In this document: one piece after another, positions 9,501 through 18,077 of the stretch
How the letters are laid out: the number at the start of each line of letters is the position of its first letter
How positions within the stretch are numbered: the stretch's first letter is position 1
NCBI GenBank assembly: GCA_963932905.1
Contig: CAWVRN010000037.1
Location: 1 to 26,903, forward strand
DNA from: an uncultured Bdellovibrio sp.
GTDB lineage: Bacteria > Bdellovibrionota > Bdellovibrionia > Bdellovibrionales > Bdellovibrionaceae
Direction of reading: 5' to 3'
Length of the DNA: 26,903 nt
Program-made: the position numbers and the translations under genes
The notes under the pieces: model-generated
Databases searched by the model: none
What the model was told of the DNA's origin: nothing
Seen by the model: only the letters and a program-made list of their open reading frames with translations

Positions 9501-9633
9501 ATCGGGGGGAAAAATTCTACAACCCCTTGGGATCAGTGTTTCGGGTGGATTATGGGTTTCTATGCTGTTTACGCTTTATTTCGTACCGACGTTGCAATGT
9601 TACTATTATGAATGGAAGGAGAAGAAACCATGA
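6595..9633 (+). CDS. RND efflux transporter permease (AcrB/AcrD/AcrF family)
   Basis: 1012 aa; LPISLFP, LKDIADI, LNLISLGGLALSAGMNVDASVVVIENI and RLRPILMTSLTT motifs; two transmembrane clusters. Confidence 0.95.
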   Translation: MKFLFQNPLRVYLVLFMLFLVGLYSGSQLPISLFPNSSKATVQIWIPLYSMSPKDFYEDYGFRLESQLRAMEFKINTMTADYNYGDVSYKLDFDWSVSGEVALSKVREVMAGTSAAFPQTMRENYHVDKWSENRTFVALAFYSDTKAPDEIYNIIQPTLEPDILAIKEVQSAYLYNPQRKEIVLELLPEKLSSFGLHPSDVEGILKGATREFNGGRIEYQNRRTQIYFDPWIKTKTDLENFSFYINKKQIVYLKDIADIRMGSNETSSNIFRTSGSSALVLWAGPKPGANVKKMSEQIVDIVNTNQKLWPEDIKFKFLVNPAEFINSSVNHVAFEVILAAFLAVVILFLFIGSLKNVITAAVEIPLSIILALILMKIFNMNLNLISLGGLALSAGMNVDASVVVIENIFRHLKLFPNRSKLDVIVGAVSEVYQPILVATLASLIVFFPIIFTTGLTNSLLGDLAKTVIFSHGLSAIVALILVPTVRLHFSSWFASEGHSPVEPFLLKLENFYERTLGKLIQNKQLVVIISGCVAAVFILFLTVLLPRLPKELIGKPETDWLILITNSKDWQTLEDYDEGISNIDSHLREKYPDKIDYTFSQMGAGWGNVMIRLKNKSDLEFFKKEVEKEYPDTPNLKVMTEPWNPSELVVPDPAPFVVHFTGSDSRKRAEMAELFLQEFEDQNIFPRTRIFPDVTKDYALNIRTYRPQYDPATISSFIYLSGQSRYLMYVKDPITDKSINISVQFPKKYTQSLEALKSMPYHQNQHVVPLSAVGNFEFVDEPKGFYRLDGKDVVSINGRLDDPKEKDEAVRKAAEFTKDFKERHEKDLKNIKIEIQNSEKEVTDSIDQLLTAVLISILMIFILMVLLFGNWIDAFLILLAIPFGIMGTILALTVFQSQLSLNSALGVILLNGISVANSIILVDFIKHLKNEGMSAKDSAIKAARIRLRPILMTSLTTVIGMMPIAFGFGSGGKILQPLGISVSGGLWVSMLFTLYFVPTLQCYYYEWKEKKP

Positions 9634-10865
9634 GAATGACTATCTATTTTTTGCTAATGCCTATTCTCCTGTTTGCTAAAAAAGACATCGGCACCATTCA
9701 GAAAGACCAGTGGAAAACTCGTCTGGATTCAATTCTTCCACAAGATCCAGAGTACTCTTATGCAGATCAAAAACTAGAAATTTCTTCTGCACAAACTCAG
9801 CAAGCCAAACTTTATCTAATTCCTCGTGTGGAATTGTTTCATACATCGTCAATCAGTCGCGCCAATTCTTCATTCAATAACTGGCAAAGTGGTATTTCAG
9901 CCCAGGTAAATGTATTTCAGTTCGGTCGCAGCCATTACAACTATCTTGGCCAAAGTTCTATTTTTGATGTGGAAAAGTTAGAACACCGTCAGAAAAAAAT
10001 CGAGATTGAAAACCGATTTCTAACCAGTTTATTTAAAAACACCTTACTGCAAAGAAAACTATCGCTCTACACCGAAATCGAAAATCTAAAACGAAAAGCT
10101 TTGAAAGTAGCCCAGCAACGTTATGATCGCGGTAATTTACCACGCCAACAAGTTGAAAAGGTCGATATCGATCTGACTAATCTAAGCTCACAAAGAATCT
10201 CTACGGAACGTGAACTTGCGGATAGCGAACTCGACATCCTAAAGTATCAACTAAGTGATTTTAAACGAGAATGGCCATTCACAAGCGCTATCGTGAAATC
10301 TAAAAAATTGAAAAAGACCGATGATTTCTTTGATATCAAGATTCTAGATTTGAAAGCGAACGCCTACGAAAACCAGTTAGAATCATCGCGCCGAGCCTAC
10401 TACCCGTCTATCGATCTTTCAGGCCGCGCCTATCAGTTAAATCAAGACAATGTGCCAACGACTCAAGAATGGGATATGTCATTGACCGTGACTTGGCCTT
10501 TATGGGATGGGTATTCCCGACGCTTAGAAAACTTAAAGTCCTATCGTGAATTCCAATACTGGCAGACGGAAAAAAATCGAATGACTCGTGATTGGGAAAA
10601 ACGAATCCAAACTAAAGAAGAACAACTGGATCAGCTGACCGGGCAATTAAATCAAAGCGCGGCGAATTTAAAAAAACTAAGTGCTTTATATGCGGATACG
10701 GAAGCCCTGTTTTCACAAGGCCGCATTACTGTAAATGAATTATTTCAAGATCAGCAATTATTGTTCGAAACTCAGATTAATTATGAAAACGAAATGTACG
10801 CGTTTCATCAGTTTCTGTTAGAATACTGCACGTTCCATTCGGAACGTGTCTGGAATTGTTTTTAA
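9630..10865 (+). CDS. TolC-family outer membrane efflux protein
   Basis: Start re-called to ATG 9630 (ATGA overlap, AAGGAG SD); signal peptide; two OEP repeats (AQQRYDRGNL / ALFSQGRIT; YYPSIDLSG; TWPLWDG). Confidence 0.85.
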   Translation: MRMTIYFLLMPILLFAKKDIGTIQKDQWKTRLDSILPQDPEYSYADQKLEISSAQTQQAKLYLIPRVELFHTSSISRANSSFNNWQSGISAQVNVFQFGRSHYNYLGQSSIFDVEKLEHRQKKIEIENRFLTSLFKNTLLQRKLSLYTEIENLKRKALKVAQQRYDRGNLPRQQVEKVDIDLTNLSSQRISTERELADSELDILKYQLSDFKREWPFTSAIVKSKKLKKTDDFFDIKILDLKANAYENQLESSRRAYYPSIDLSGRAYQLNQDNVPTTQEWDMSLTVTWPLWDGYSRRLENLKSYREFQYWQTEKNRMTRDWEKRIQTKEEQLDQLTGQLNQSAANLKKLSALYADTEALFSQGRITVNELFQDQQLLFETQINYENEMYAFHQFLLEYCTFHSERVWNCF

Positions 10866-11740
10866 GTTGATTTCTGCGCACTAATCAGTTCTGGCAAAAT
10901 ACCTGCTGATTTCGGAAGTAGAATCAGCTCCCCTGGGTTATCTGTCATTTTCTCGAACTCTAAAGTGGCAAACAAAGCTTCTGCGACTTCTTTATCCTTA
11001 GAGATATCCTGCAACGCTTTACCTAAGATATGCGGACGAATCGCTGATGCTTTCGCAAATTCTACGGATGCCGTTCTTTGTGCCGAGTTCGTGATGATGT
11101 TCACTTGGTTCTCGCCATCTTGTTTAATGGAACTCGTCACCTGACGTAAACGATTCACTACTTTACTTTCGATCTCGCGGATCATGTTAGTATCACGGAA
11201 ATGTACTTTACGGATGTACACAGATCCTAATTTATAGCCCCATTCTTGTGATTTTTGAGTCACTTCTTCGCGTAAGTCTTGGCTAAGTTCATGGCGATCA
11301 GACAGTAGTTTTATCAGTGGAAGATTACTTAACGTTCTAACAGCCGCGTTGCTAACGTTCGCAGACAATGATCCTTTTGGATCCGTATTTTTAAATAAAT
11401 ACGACATCGGATTGCTTACGAACATTTCGTACCAGATACCGACACCCATCGGTGCGCCTTCTTCAGAATTAACTGGCTGACTACGAAGATACACCTGGTC
11501 CATACGCAGATCTAATGTGTACACTCGACCCATCAAATTGATGATCAATGCTCTCCAGGTCAATCGCGGCCACAAGAAATGTAATCCGGGCTCGTCTATA
11601 ATTGCGACGACTTTACCGAATAGGGTAAACACTTGGCAGGTCGATTCATACACCGTTGTGTAGAACAAGAAAAAGCGTAGAATTTTTAATGTCAAAACTT
11701 CAAAAATAACAGCGGCAACAAATCCAATTAATATTTCCAT
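10862..11740 (-). CDS. SPFH/band 7 domain protein
   Basis: N-terminal TM, LFGKVVAIIDEPGLHFLWP, EWGYKLGSVYIRKV, C-terminal coiled-coil. Confidence 0.85.
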   Translation of the reverse strand: MEILIGFVAAVIFEVLTLKILRFFLFYTTVYESTCQVFTLFGKVVAIIDEPGLHFLWPRLTWRALIINLMGRVYTLDLRMDQVYLRSQPVNSEEGAPMGVGIWYEMFVSNPMSYLFKNTDPKGSLSANVSNAAVRTLSNLPLIKLLSDRHELSQDLREEVTQKSQEWGYKLGSVYIRKVHFRDTNMIREIESKVVNRLRQVTSSIKQDGENQVNIITNSAQRTASVEFAKASAIRPHILGKALQDISKDKEVAEALFATLEFEKMTDNPGELILLPKSAGILPELISAQKST

Positions 11741-11743
11741 GTG

Positions 11744-12706
11744 TTACTCCGTTGGGTAAATTATTTTGTCGGCTTTTTTGATAACGTTCAGGCGCGCGTT
11801 GCGCACAAAGTTCTTCAAAACATCCGGGCCACTGGCTTTTAGTTCTTTTATTTGCGCTGTCAACGCTAACAGCGGTTCAACTTCGGCCTGAGCTTTTAGT
11901 GTTTCAATTTCAACGGCTCTGCGCGAAAGTACGATCGTTTGATCGGCGCTGGCCTTTGCCAAACTGATTTCTGATGAAACGTTATTGTGAGCTGTGTTAA
12001 TCGCGGCTAGCGCCGATTCGACTTCATGAGGTGGTTCGATTCCCGTGATCAGCGAAGCATCTAAAATAATCCCGTACCGCGCATTCGATCCTACACATTC
12101 GCGCACCATAACATCATTTAAATCCTTCAAATTTTTACGTAGGTCATTGATAGAAACGGCCTCAGCAATATTCACATCGCCGCTGACTTGTACCTGTTTA
12201 TTTTCAGTTCCAAAGTTTGCGATGCGTTCACGTAAAATCGAAATGAAATAACCCATCACGTGTGTAATTGGATTTTTAATCCCAAACACATAGGCATATA
12301 GGTTTTGTTCGGAAATGCGATATCGAATTTGGCCAGTCAATCCAATATTCAACTGATCCATCGTCACGGCTTCCAACAACGTTCCATTGTTATTGGCGGT
12401 CATGCTTTCCGGATCATAAGCCATATTCATTGTTTCTGTAGCGATAGATACCTTGATTATTTTTTCCCAAGGAAATTTGAAATGCAATCCAGGTCCAATA
12501 GACTCAAGTATCGGAAAATTATAGCGTTGCTTTTCTTCCGCCGTAAGCATTTCGGCAATTGGCGTTTCACCGGTTGTTTGCCCGGGCAAACGTTGGGCGC
12601 GGCCGAAAATAGTTTTTACGCCTCTTTCATTCTGATCGATAGTATAAAAACCCGATACGATACAACGAATGACGAAATAAATTAGAACACCTAAAATAAA
12701 CGACAT
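11744..12706 (-). CDS. SPFH/band 7 domain protein
   Basis: Start re-called to ATG 12706 (GAGGTG SD); N-terminal TM, YTIDQNERGVKTIFG, GPGLHFKFPWEKI, YGIILDASLITGIEPPHEV, Ala-rich coiled-coil. Confidence 0.87.
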   Translation of the reverse strand: MSFILGVLIYFVIRCIVSGFYTIDQNERGVKTIFGRAQRLPGQTTGETPIAEMLTAEEKQRYNFPILESIGPGLHFKFPWEKIIKVSIATETMNMAYDPESMTANNNGTLLEAVTMDQLNIGLTGQIRYRISEQNLYAYVFGIKNPITHVMGYFISILRERIANFGTENKQVQVSGDVNIAEAVSINDLRKNLKDLNDVMVRECVGSNARYGIILDASLITGIEPPHEVESALAAINTAHNNVSSEISLAKASADQTIVLSRRAVEIETLKAQAEVEPLLALTAQIKELKASGPDVLKNFVRNARLNVIKKADKIIYPTE

Positions 12707-12785
12707 CACAATCACCTCAATTCACAGTTTTTTCATAAACAGTAGAATTAGGCTAAACTGAGAAACCATAGATATCAAATCAGTT

Positions 12786-13577
12786 TTAGAAACTCTTTGC
12801 GTCGTTAAGGCAGGCATTATCAAACATCACGGCATTTTGACTAGTTTGATATTTATCGATGAAGGCAGCCAAATCTGAAGGTCCTTCGTTCAAATAGTAC
12901 ATAACGCAACTTGGGTTAGAACAATGCGCCCCGTGGGCCGAATCATGATGGTCCGATGTTAAGGTAACCCCGTTATTTACGAAACCAATGGCATGTGCTA
13001 GTTCATGAACGATAGTAGATTGCTCGACAAACTTAGGTACAGGTCCTGTGGGTGATACACCCGAAGCTTGAACGACTTGCTTAAAAATTATGATTACATT
13101 CGTTCCCGTAACTGAAAATCCAATAACCTGATTATCTGCGGTACCGTCAGATTTTGCCGCGTAGCCTTTTACAAATGCGATAAATATTTTTCCCGCAGTA
13201 CCTGAGGAATCTCCGTCACGATATTGATTGGCTAAATTCAGAACATCTGTCGATGACCACACTGAACGATTCTGTGAAGTGATTTGTCTCATTTCCGGCA
13301 ATGTTTTTGGAATCGAAAACGTTACGTTGCGACCAGTGAATAATGCCTGCAGATTTTGCAAAGTGACATCCCAGTAATTTAAGCCAGCGCCACTAGTACC
13401 GACAAATGGTTCGGCACCAGATTCGTAAACTACATCTAGTTTTAGTTCCGTCATTTGTTTAAAATAGAATGTAGCGGAATAAATTGAATTACCGGTTCCA
13501 TCACTACCCGATCCGGATTTGCAAGAACCCAATAGAACACTCACCACAACAGTAAAGTATAGAGCGAAATATTTCAT
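12786..13577 (-). CDS. Zinc metalloprotease lipoprotein (metzincin/archaemetzincin-like)
   Basis: Lipobox LLGS-C; HELAHAIG zinc motif followed by HCSNPSCVMYY (Cys pair and Met-turn). Confidence 0.75.
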   Translation of the reverse strand: MKYFALYFTVVVSVLLGSCKSGSGSDGTGNSIYSATFYFKQMTELKLDVVYESGAEPFVGTSGAGLNYWDVTLQNLQALFTGRNVTFSIPKTLPEMRQITSQNRSVWSSTDVLNLANQYRDGDSSGTAGKIFIAFVKGYAAKSDGTADNQVIGFSVTGTNVIIIFKQVVQASGVSPTGPVPKFVEQSTIVHELAHAIGFVNNGVTLTSDHHDSAHGAHCSNPSCVMYYLNEGPSDLAAFIDKYQTSQNAVMFDNACLNDAKSF

Positions 13578-13618
13578 GCCTTAACGCTAACACCAGATTT
13601 TCACCACTGCATCGAAAA

Positions 13619-14374
13619 TTAATTAAGCAGGCCCAAATATTCTTTAGTGCCGATTTGATCCAATACCCCAGGAAGTTTACCCTCAATCCGTTCTTTTTGG
13701 CGATACAGTGTTCTAGCTTTCATTACGATCATACAACCCAGTGCACCACTACCATCGGCATCTTTGACGTCTGTATCACAAGGAATTTCCATGGCATGTT
13801 CATCTTCGCGTTTAATTGGAAAGCTAGACATCGAAAAAGTGATCCAATCCACATCGAATTTACGTCCTTCGGTTTGGTCGTATAGAGAACGAGTCAAAAG
13901 TGCATTAAAATTATCTTTCACGAGGTAAGACATATAAGTTGTTGGTAGAACGATAGCGACACGTTTTTTAGAAGCAATAATGTCCTTAATCGTGTTTACA
14001 ACTGCTGTTTGATTTTCAATCATCGAAATCACTTCAGTTGACGGAATCAATTCCTTATAAGGAAGGGAGCTATCAACAATGATATGTTCGAACTTGTTTT
14101 CATTTTCTAACGAATCAAACAGACCCTTCCATGCTAAGTAGTGATCTTGACGTTCTGGCAATACTCCGAAAAATATTAAATTTTGTCCTAGGATTTCTAA
14201 TCGCAAACGCTTGTAGACACTGGAACCAAATTCTTGCGGATTTACAAAGTGACTCCACGATATTTTTGGAATTGGTTTCGGTTTTAATCCGAATGTAACT
14301 GCGAAATAGACTCCACCGATAATCACGGCTGATGCACCAAAAATGTAGGCCAATGTCGATTTTTTCATGTCCAA
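13619..14374 (-). CDS. Hypothetical membrane-anchored protein
   Basis: 251-aa ORF with a single N-terminal hydrophobic segment; no motif recognised. Confidence 0.7.
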   Translation of the reverse strand: MDMKKSTLAYIFGASAVIIGGVYFAVTFGLKPKPIPKISWSHFVNPQEFGSSVYKRLRLEILGQNLIFFGVLPERQDHYLAWKGLFDSLENENKFEHIIVDSSLPYKELIPSTEVISMIENQTAVVNTIKDIIASKKRVAIVLPTTYMSYLVKDNFNALLTRSLYDQTEGRKFDVDWITFSMSSFPIKREDEHAMEIPCDTDVKDADGSGALGCMIVMKARTLYRQKERIEGKLPGVLDQIGTKEYLGLLN

Positions 14375-14512
14375 GGAATTACTGTATTACGCCCTTAAAG
14401 CCAATTAAATTAAGAATGATAGGCCACACTGATCATTGGCAACGATCTATGACACCGACCTCGAATATTTACTTTACCTGGAGGAACTAACCATGCTACA
14501 TGCTTAGGAAAA

Positions 14513-14544
14513 GGACTTGATTCTAATTTAACAGAACAGGTACC
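14513..14544 (+). ncRNA. Candidate pan RNA motif (cis-regulatory hairpin with two bulged A)
   Basis: GG-ACUUG-[A]-UUCU-loop8-AGAA-CAGGU-[A]-CC, ending 6 nt before the first start codon of the pan operon. Confidence 0.55.
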
Positions 14545-14550
14545 AAAGAA

Positions 14551-15282
14551 ATGAAAAATTTGAATCGTAAAACACAGATTTGTCTTGTGGGAAACGGCCG
14601 TTTGGCGACCCAACTAGAAAAGGTACTGAAAGAAAACTCTTTCACACATTCCCATATCTATCGTTCTCAGCATAATTCTGAAGACATAAAAGAACACATA
14701 TCATGGGCCACTCATATTTGGCTGGCTATTAGTGACAGTGCGATAGATGCGTTCTATCAGCAGTATTCAGCAGCCAATATCCAAGCAACTTGGGTTCATT
14801 TTTCTGGTGCTCATAATTCACCAAATGTTTTTTCGGCTCATCCGCTGATGACATTTTCTAAGACACCGATGGATCAAACGGCATTTGATAAAATTCATTT
14901 CGTTCTGACGGCACCTATTCTACGCAAAGAACAGTTTGCTTTTAGTGATATTTTGCCAGGCCTTACAAATACTCATAGTGTCTTAAGTCCGGATAAAAAA
15001 GCTTTTTACCATGCGCTATGCGTGGTAGCTGGTAATTTTCCAATGATTCTCTGGAGCGAGGTTTTAACTCAGTTCCAAAATCTTCAACTACCCACCGAAG
15101 CTTTGCACACCTATTTAGATCAAATTACGTCTAACTTTAAACGCGACGGCGCCAAAGCCCTAACTGGACCTATCGTGCGTAAAGATACTAAAACCATCAA
15201 CGACAATCTCGATGCTTTGAATGGAAATACGTTAAAACCAATTTATGAAGCATTTTTGAAAGCGAAAGGTGTCAATTTATGA
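14551..15282 (+). CDS. Rossmann-like + DUF2520 oxidoreductase, putative PanG-type ketopantoate reductase
   Basis: GNGRLA nucleotide-binding loop, VHFSGA, SAHPLMTF, KAFYHALCVVAGNF, ALTGPIVRKD; first gene of the pan operon. Confidence 0.8.
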   Translation: MKNLNRKTQICLVGNGRLATQLEKVLKENSFTHSHIYRSQHNSEDIKEHISWATHIWLAISDSAIDAFYQQYSAANIQATWVHFSGAHNSPNVFSAHPLMTFSKTPMDQTAFDKIHFVLTAPILRKEQFAFSDILPGLTNTHSVLSPDKKAFYHALCVVAGNFPMILWSEVLTQFQNLQLPTEALHTYLDQITSNFKRDGAKALTGPIVRKDTKTINDNLDALNGNTLKPIYEAFLKAKGVNL

Positions 15283-16073
15283 AATTAAACTCTCTTACCT
15301 TTTTAGATAAAAAGAAAAACAAAGAAAAAATTTCGATGATCACGTGCTATGATTTTTCTTTTGCTCAAATTATCAATGAGACAGACATAGATTGTATCTT
15401 AGTTGGTGATTCTGGTTCGATGCTAATGCATGGATTACCAAATACAGTTCACGCGGACACACCGATGATGGCAGCAATGATCGCAGCGGTTAGTCGCGGG
15501 GCTCCGAAGAAGTTTATCGTGGGTGACCTACCTTTCCTATCTTACAGAAAATCACTTACGGCAAATATGAATAACGTAGAAGCCTTAATGAAAGCCGGCT
15601 CTGAAGCTTTAAAACTTGAAGGCGCAATCGGTAATTTACAACTCGTCAACCACATGGTTCATTCGGGCGTTCCCGTCATGGGCCATCTAGGTTTAACACC
15701 CCAATCTGTTCATACTTTAGGTGGCCATAAAGTTCAGGGCCGCGAAAAAGAAGCCCAATCACAAATTATCGATCAATCTAAAAAATTAGAAGATGCCGGT
15801 TGTTTTTCTTTAGTTCTGGAATGCGTTCCTTCTGCCCTAGCCGCGAAAATTACCGAGGCATTACACATTCCAGTTATCGGCATCGGCGCGGGACCTGACG
15901 TCGACGGGCAAGTTTTAGTTCTTCAGGATTTACTTGGCTTCAACGAAGGCTTTAAACCTAAATTTTTGAAAAAATATTTTAATGCAAACCAAGTATTTAA
16001 AAATGTATTTAATGACTATCATAAAGAAGTAACTTCTGAAGCTTTCCCTACCGCAAAGGAAAGCTACGAATGA
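15279..16073 (+). CDS. panB: 3-methyl-2-oxobutanoate hydroxymethyltransferase
   Basis: MITCYD, ILVGDS, DLPFLSY, LKLEG, GHLGLTPQ, IGIGAG..VDGQVLV. Confidence 0.97.
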   Translation: MKLNSLTFLDKKKNKEKISMITCYDFSFAQIINETDIDCILVGDSGSMLMHGLPNTVHADTPMMAAMIAAVSRGAPKKFIVGDLPFLSYRKSLTANMNNVEALMKAGSEALKLEGAIGNLQLVNHMVHSGVPVMGHLGLTPQSVHTLGGHKVQGREKEAQSQIIDQSKKLEDAGCFSLVLECVPSALAAKITEALHIPVIGIGAGPDVDGQVLVLQDLLGFNEGFKPKFLKKYFNANQVFKNVFNDYHKEVTSEAFPTAKESYE

Positions 16074-16834
16074 GCCAACCTATCATTTTAAAAACAACAG
16101 CCGAACTGACCCAGTGGCGCAACACTATCAAAGATAAATCCGTGGGATTCGTTCCTACTATGGGTGCTCTGCATGAAGGGCACGTAAGTTTACTGAAAAA
16201 AAGCCGCGCTGAGAACGATATTAATGTTTTAAGTATCTTCGTCAACCCAACGCAGTTCAATCAAGCTCAGGATTTAGCAAAATATCCTAGAACTTGGGAT
16301 GAAGATTTAAAGTTGGCCACAGCCGCCGGAACCGATGCGATTTTCTTTCCTACGTTCGAACAAATGTACCCCGATAACTACAATTACTCGGTTCACGAAA
16401 ACGATTTCAGCTTGATGTTGTGTGGTGCCTCACGTGCCGGCCATTTCCAAGGCGTTCTTACGATCGTTTTGAAATTATTCAACCTAGTTCAACCGACTCG
16501 TGTGTATATGGGCGAGAAAGATCATCAGCAATTACAGTTGATTAAAAAAATGGTGAGCGCATTGTTTCTGCCAACAGAAGTTATTGGCTGCCCCACTATC
16601 AGAAATTCTAGCGGCCTGGCATTAAGTTCACGTAATGCGCGACTGACAGATGACGAGCGCGCTCGATCAGCGCTTATCTATAAAACGATCACGACCGCTG
16701 CCAATACGGATGAAGCTAAATCGGTTTTGGAAAAGGCGGGATTTAAAATTGATTACCTAGTGGACGTAGAAAACCGTCGTTACGTAGCTGCCTTTGTTGG
16801 TGATGTGAGGTTAATAGACAATGTCGAACTCTAA
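16070..16834 (+). CDS. panC: Pantoate--beta-alanine ligase
   Basis: GFVPTMGALHEGH, SIFVNPTQF, RAGHFQGV, GEKD.QQ, GLALSSRN, RLIDN. Confidence 0.97.
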   Translation: MSQPIILKTTAELTQWRNTIKDKSVGFVPTMGALHEGHVSLLKKSRAENDINVLSIFVNPTQFNQAQDLAKYPRTWDEDLKLATAAGTDAIFFPTFEQMYPDNYNYSVHENDFSLMLCGASRAGHFQGVLTIVLKLFNLVQPTRVYMGEKDHQQLQLIKKMVSALFLPTEVIGCPTIRNSSGLALSSRNARLTDDERARSALIYKTITTAANTDEAKSVLEKAGFKIDYLVDVENRRYVAAFVGDVRLIDNVEL

Positions 16835-18074
16835 ACCTAAAATTCTATTTATTTTCACGGGCTCAATTGCCGCCTACAAAGCCGTGACGTTAGTATCGCG
16901 TTTAGTTCAACGCGGTTATGATGTTGAGTGTGTCCTAACGAAGTCTGCTTCTAAATTTATCGGGCGCGCCACTATTGAAGGTTTGATTGGCAAATCCGTG
17001 CACACAGATTTATTTGATTCCGACAACATCATGTCGCACATCCATTTAATTCGCGACGCTAGTGCAGTTGTGGTGGCTCCGGCGACGGCGAATTTTATAA
17101 ATAAGATTGCTCATGGTTTTGCCGATGATTTAGCCAGCACGTTGTTTTTGGCTCATGATTTTCAAAAACCGTTTATCGTTGCTCCAGCAATGAATACCAA
17201 GATGTATGAACATCCACAAACTCAATCGTCTATTAAACACCTAAAAGAAATTGGTGTGACGATTCTAGAGGCTGGTTCCGGTATCTTAGCTTGTGGTGAA
17301 GTAGGCTATGGCAAATTGTTAGAACCAGAGATCATGATTGTCGAGATTGAAAAAATATTGAAACAAACGCCGACCCCAATCGCAAAACCAGTCACTAGTA
17401 AACACGTACTGCCACGTATATTAATTACTGGGGGCGGGACGGTTGAAAAAATTGATGATGTTAGATCTTTAACAAATTCCAGCAGCGGCGAAACAGCGAT
17501 TTCGATGGCCAAATACTTTTATGATTTAGGTTTACCCGTTAGCTTAATCGTAAATAATCAAAAAGGGCTAGAACTGCCAGCCAATATGGATGTTACGCAG
17601 TTCTCGTCATTTGCAGATTTAAATTCGGCATTAAAAGAGAAACTCTCGACTGAGAACTTTGATTTTGTCATACATGCCGCCGCAGTGAGTGATTTCTCGC
17701 TGGCAAAAATCGAAGGCATTGGTTTTAAAAAATCACCGCGCAAAATTTCATCTGCAAAAAGCATCAAGCTGGTTTTGAAACCCAATTTCAAAATTATTTC
17801 AAAAATCGCTCAGTACAGTAAGAATAAAAAAATTAAAATCATCGGTTTTAAATTAACCTCTCATGCGGATAGCAAGATCGTTAAACAAGCTGTCGACAAA
17901 GTATTTGCCTACAAGCAAGTTCAGTACGTTGTACAAAATGATGTGACCAAAATAGATCGACAAAAGGGAATTCATCGATTTTCACTATTCACCAAAAACA
18001 GTTCTGTGCCTCTGGAAATTGAGTCTCGGGAACATTTACTAGCGCAGTTGGCACAAACTGTGACGAAGGAGTAA
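16821..18074 (+). CDS. coaBC: Bifunctional phosphopantothenoylcysteine decarboxylase / phosphopantothenate--cysteine ligase
   Basis: TGSIAAYKA, APATANFI, APAMNTKM, LACGEVGYG, ITGGGT.EKIDDVR.LTN.SSG, HAAAVSDF. Confidence 0.96.
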   Translation: MSNSKPKILFIFTGSIAAYKAVTLVSRLVQRGYDVECVLTKSASKFIGRATIEGLIGKSVHTDLFDSDNIMSHIHLIRDASAVVVAPATANFINKIAHGFADDLASTLFLAHDFQKPFIVAPAMNTKMYEHPQTQSSIKHLKEIGVTILEAGSGILACGEVGYGKLLEPEIMIVEIEKILKQTPTPIAKPVTSKHVLPRILITGGGTVEKIDDVRSLTNSSSGETAISMAKYFYDLGLPVSLIVNNQKGLELPANMDVTQFSSFADLNSALKEKLSTENFDFVIHAAAVSDFSLAKIEGIGFKKSPRKISSAKSIKLVLKPNFKIISKIAQYSKNKKIKIIGFKLTSHADSKIVKQAVDKVFAYKQVQYVVQNDVTKIDRQKGIHRFSLFTKNSSVPLEIESREHLLAQLAQTVTKE

Positions 18075-18077
18075 AAA

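Noticed and set aside
6851..9679. Several 60-135 aa ORFs overlapping the RND permease
   Set aside because: Nested in or largely overlapping a well-supported gene, with no protein-like features.
14539..14544. GGTACC in the pan leader as another copy of the 949-1025 element
   Set aside because: Isolated hexamer; the flanks do not match the repeat unit.
14410..14613. 67-aa antisense ORF across the pan leader
   Set aside because: Overlaps the DUF2520 gene and the divergent promoter region; no supporting features.
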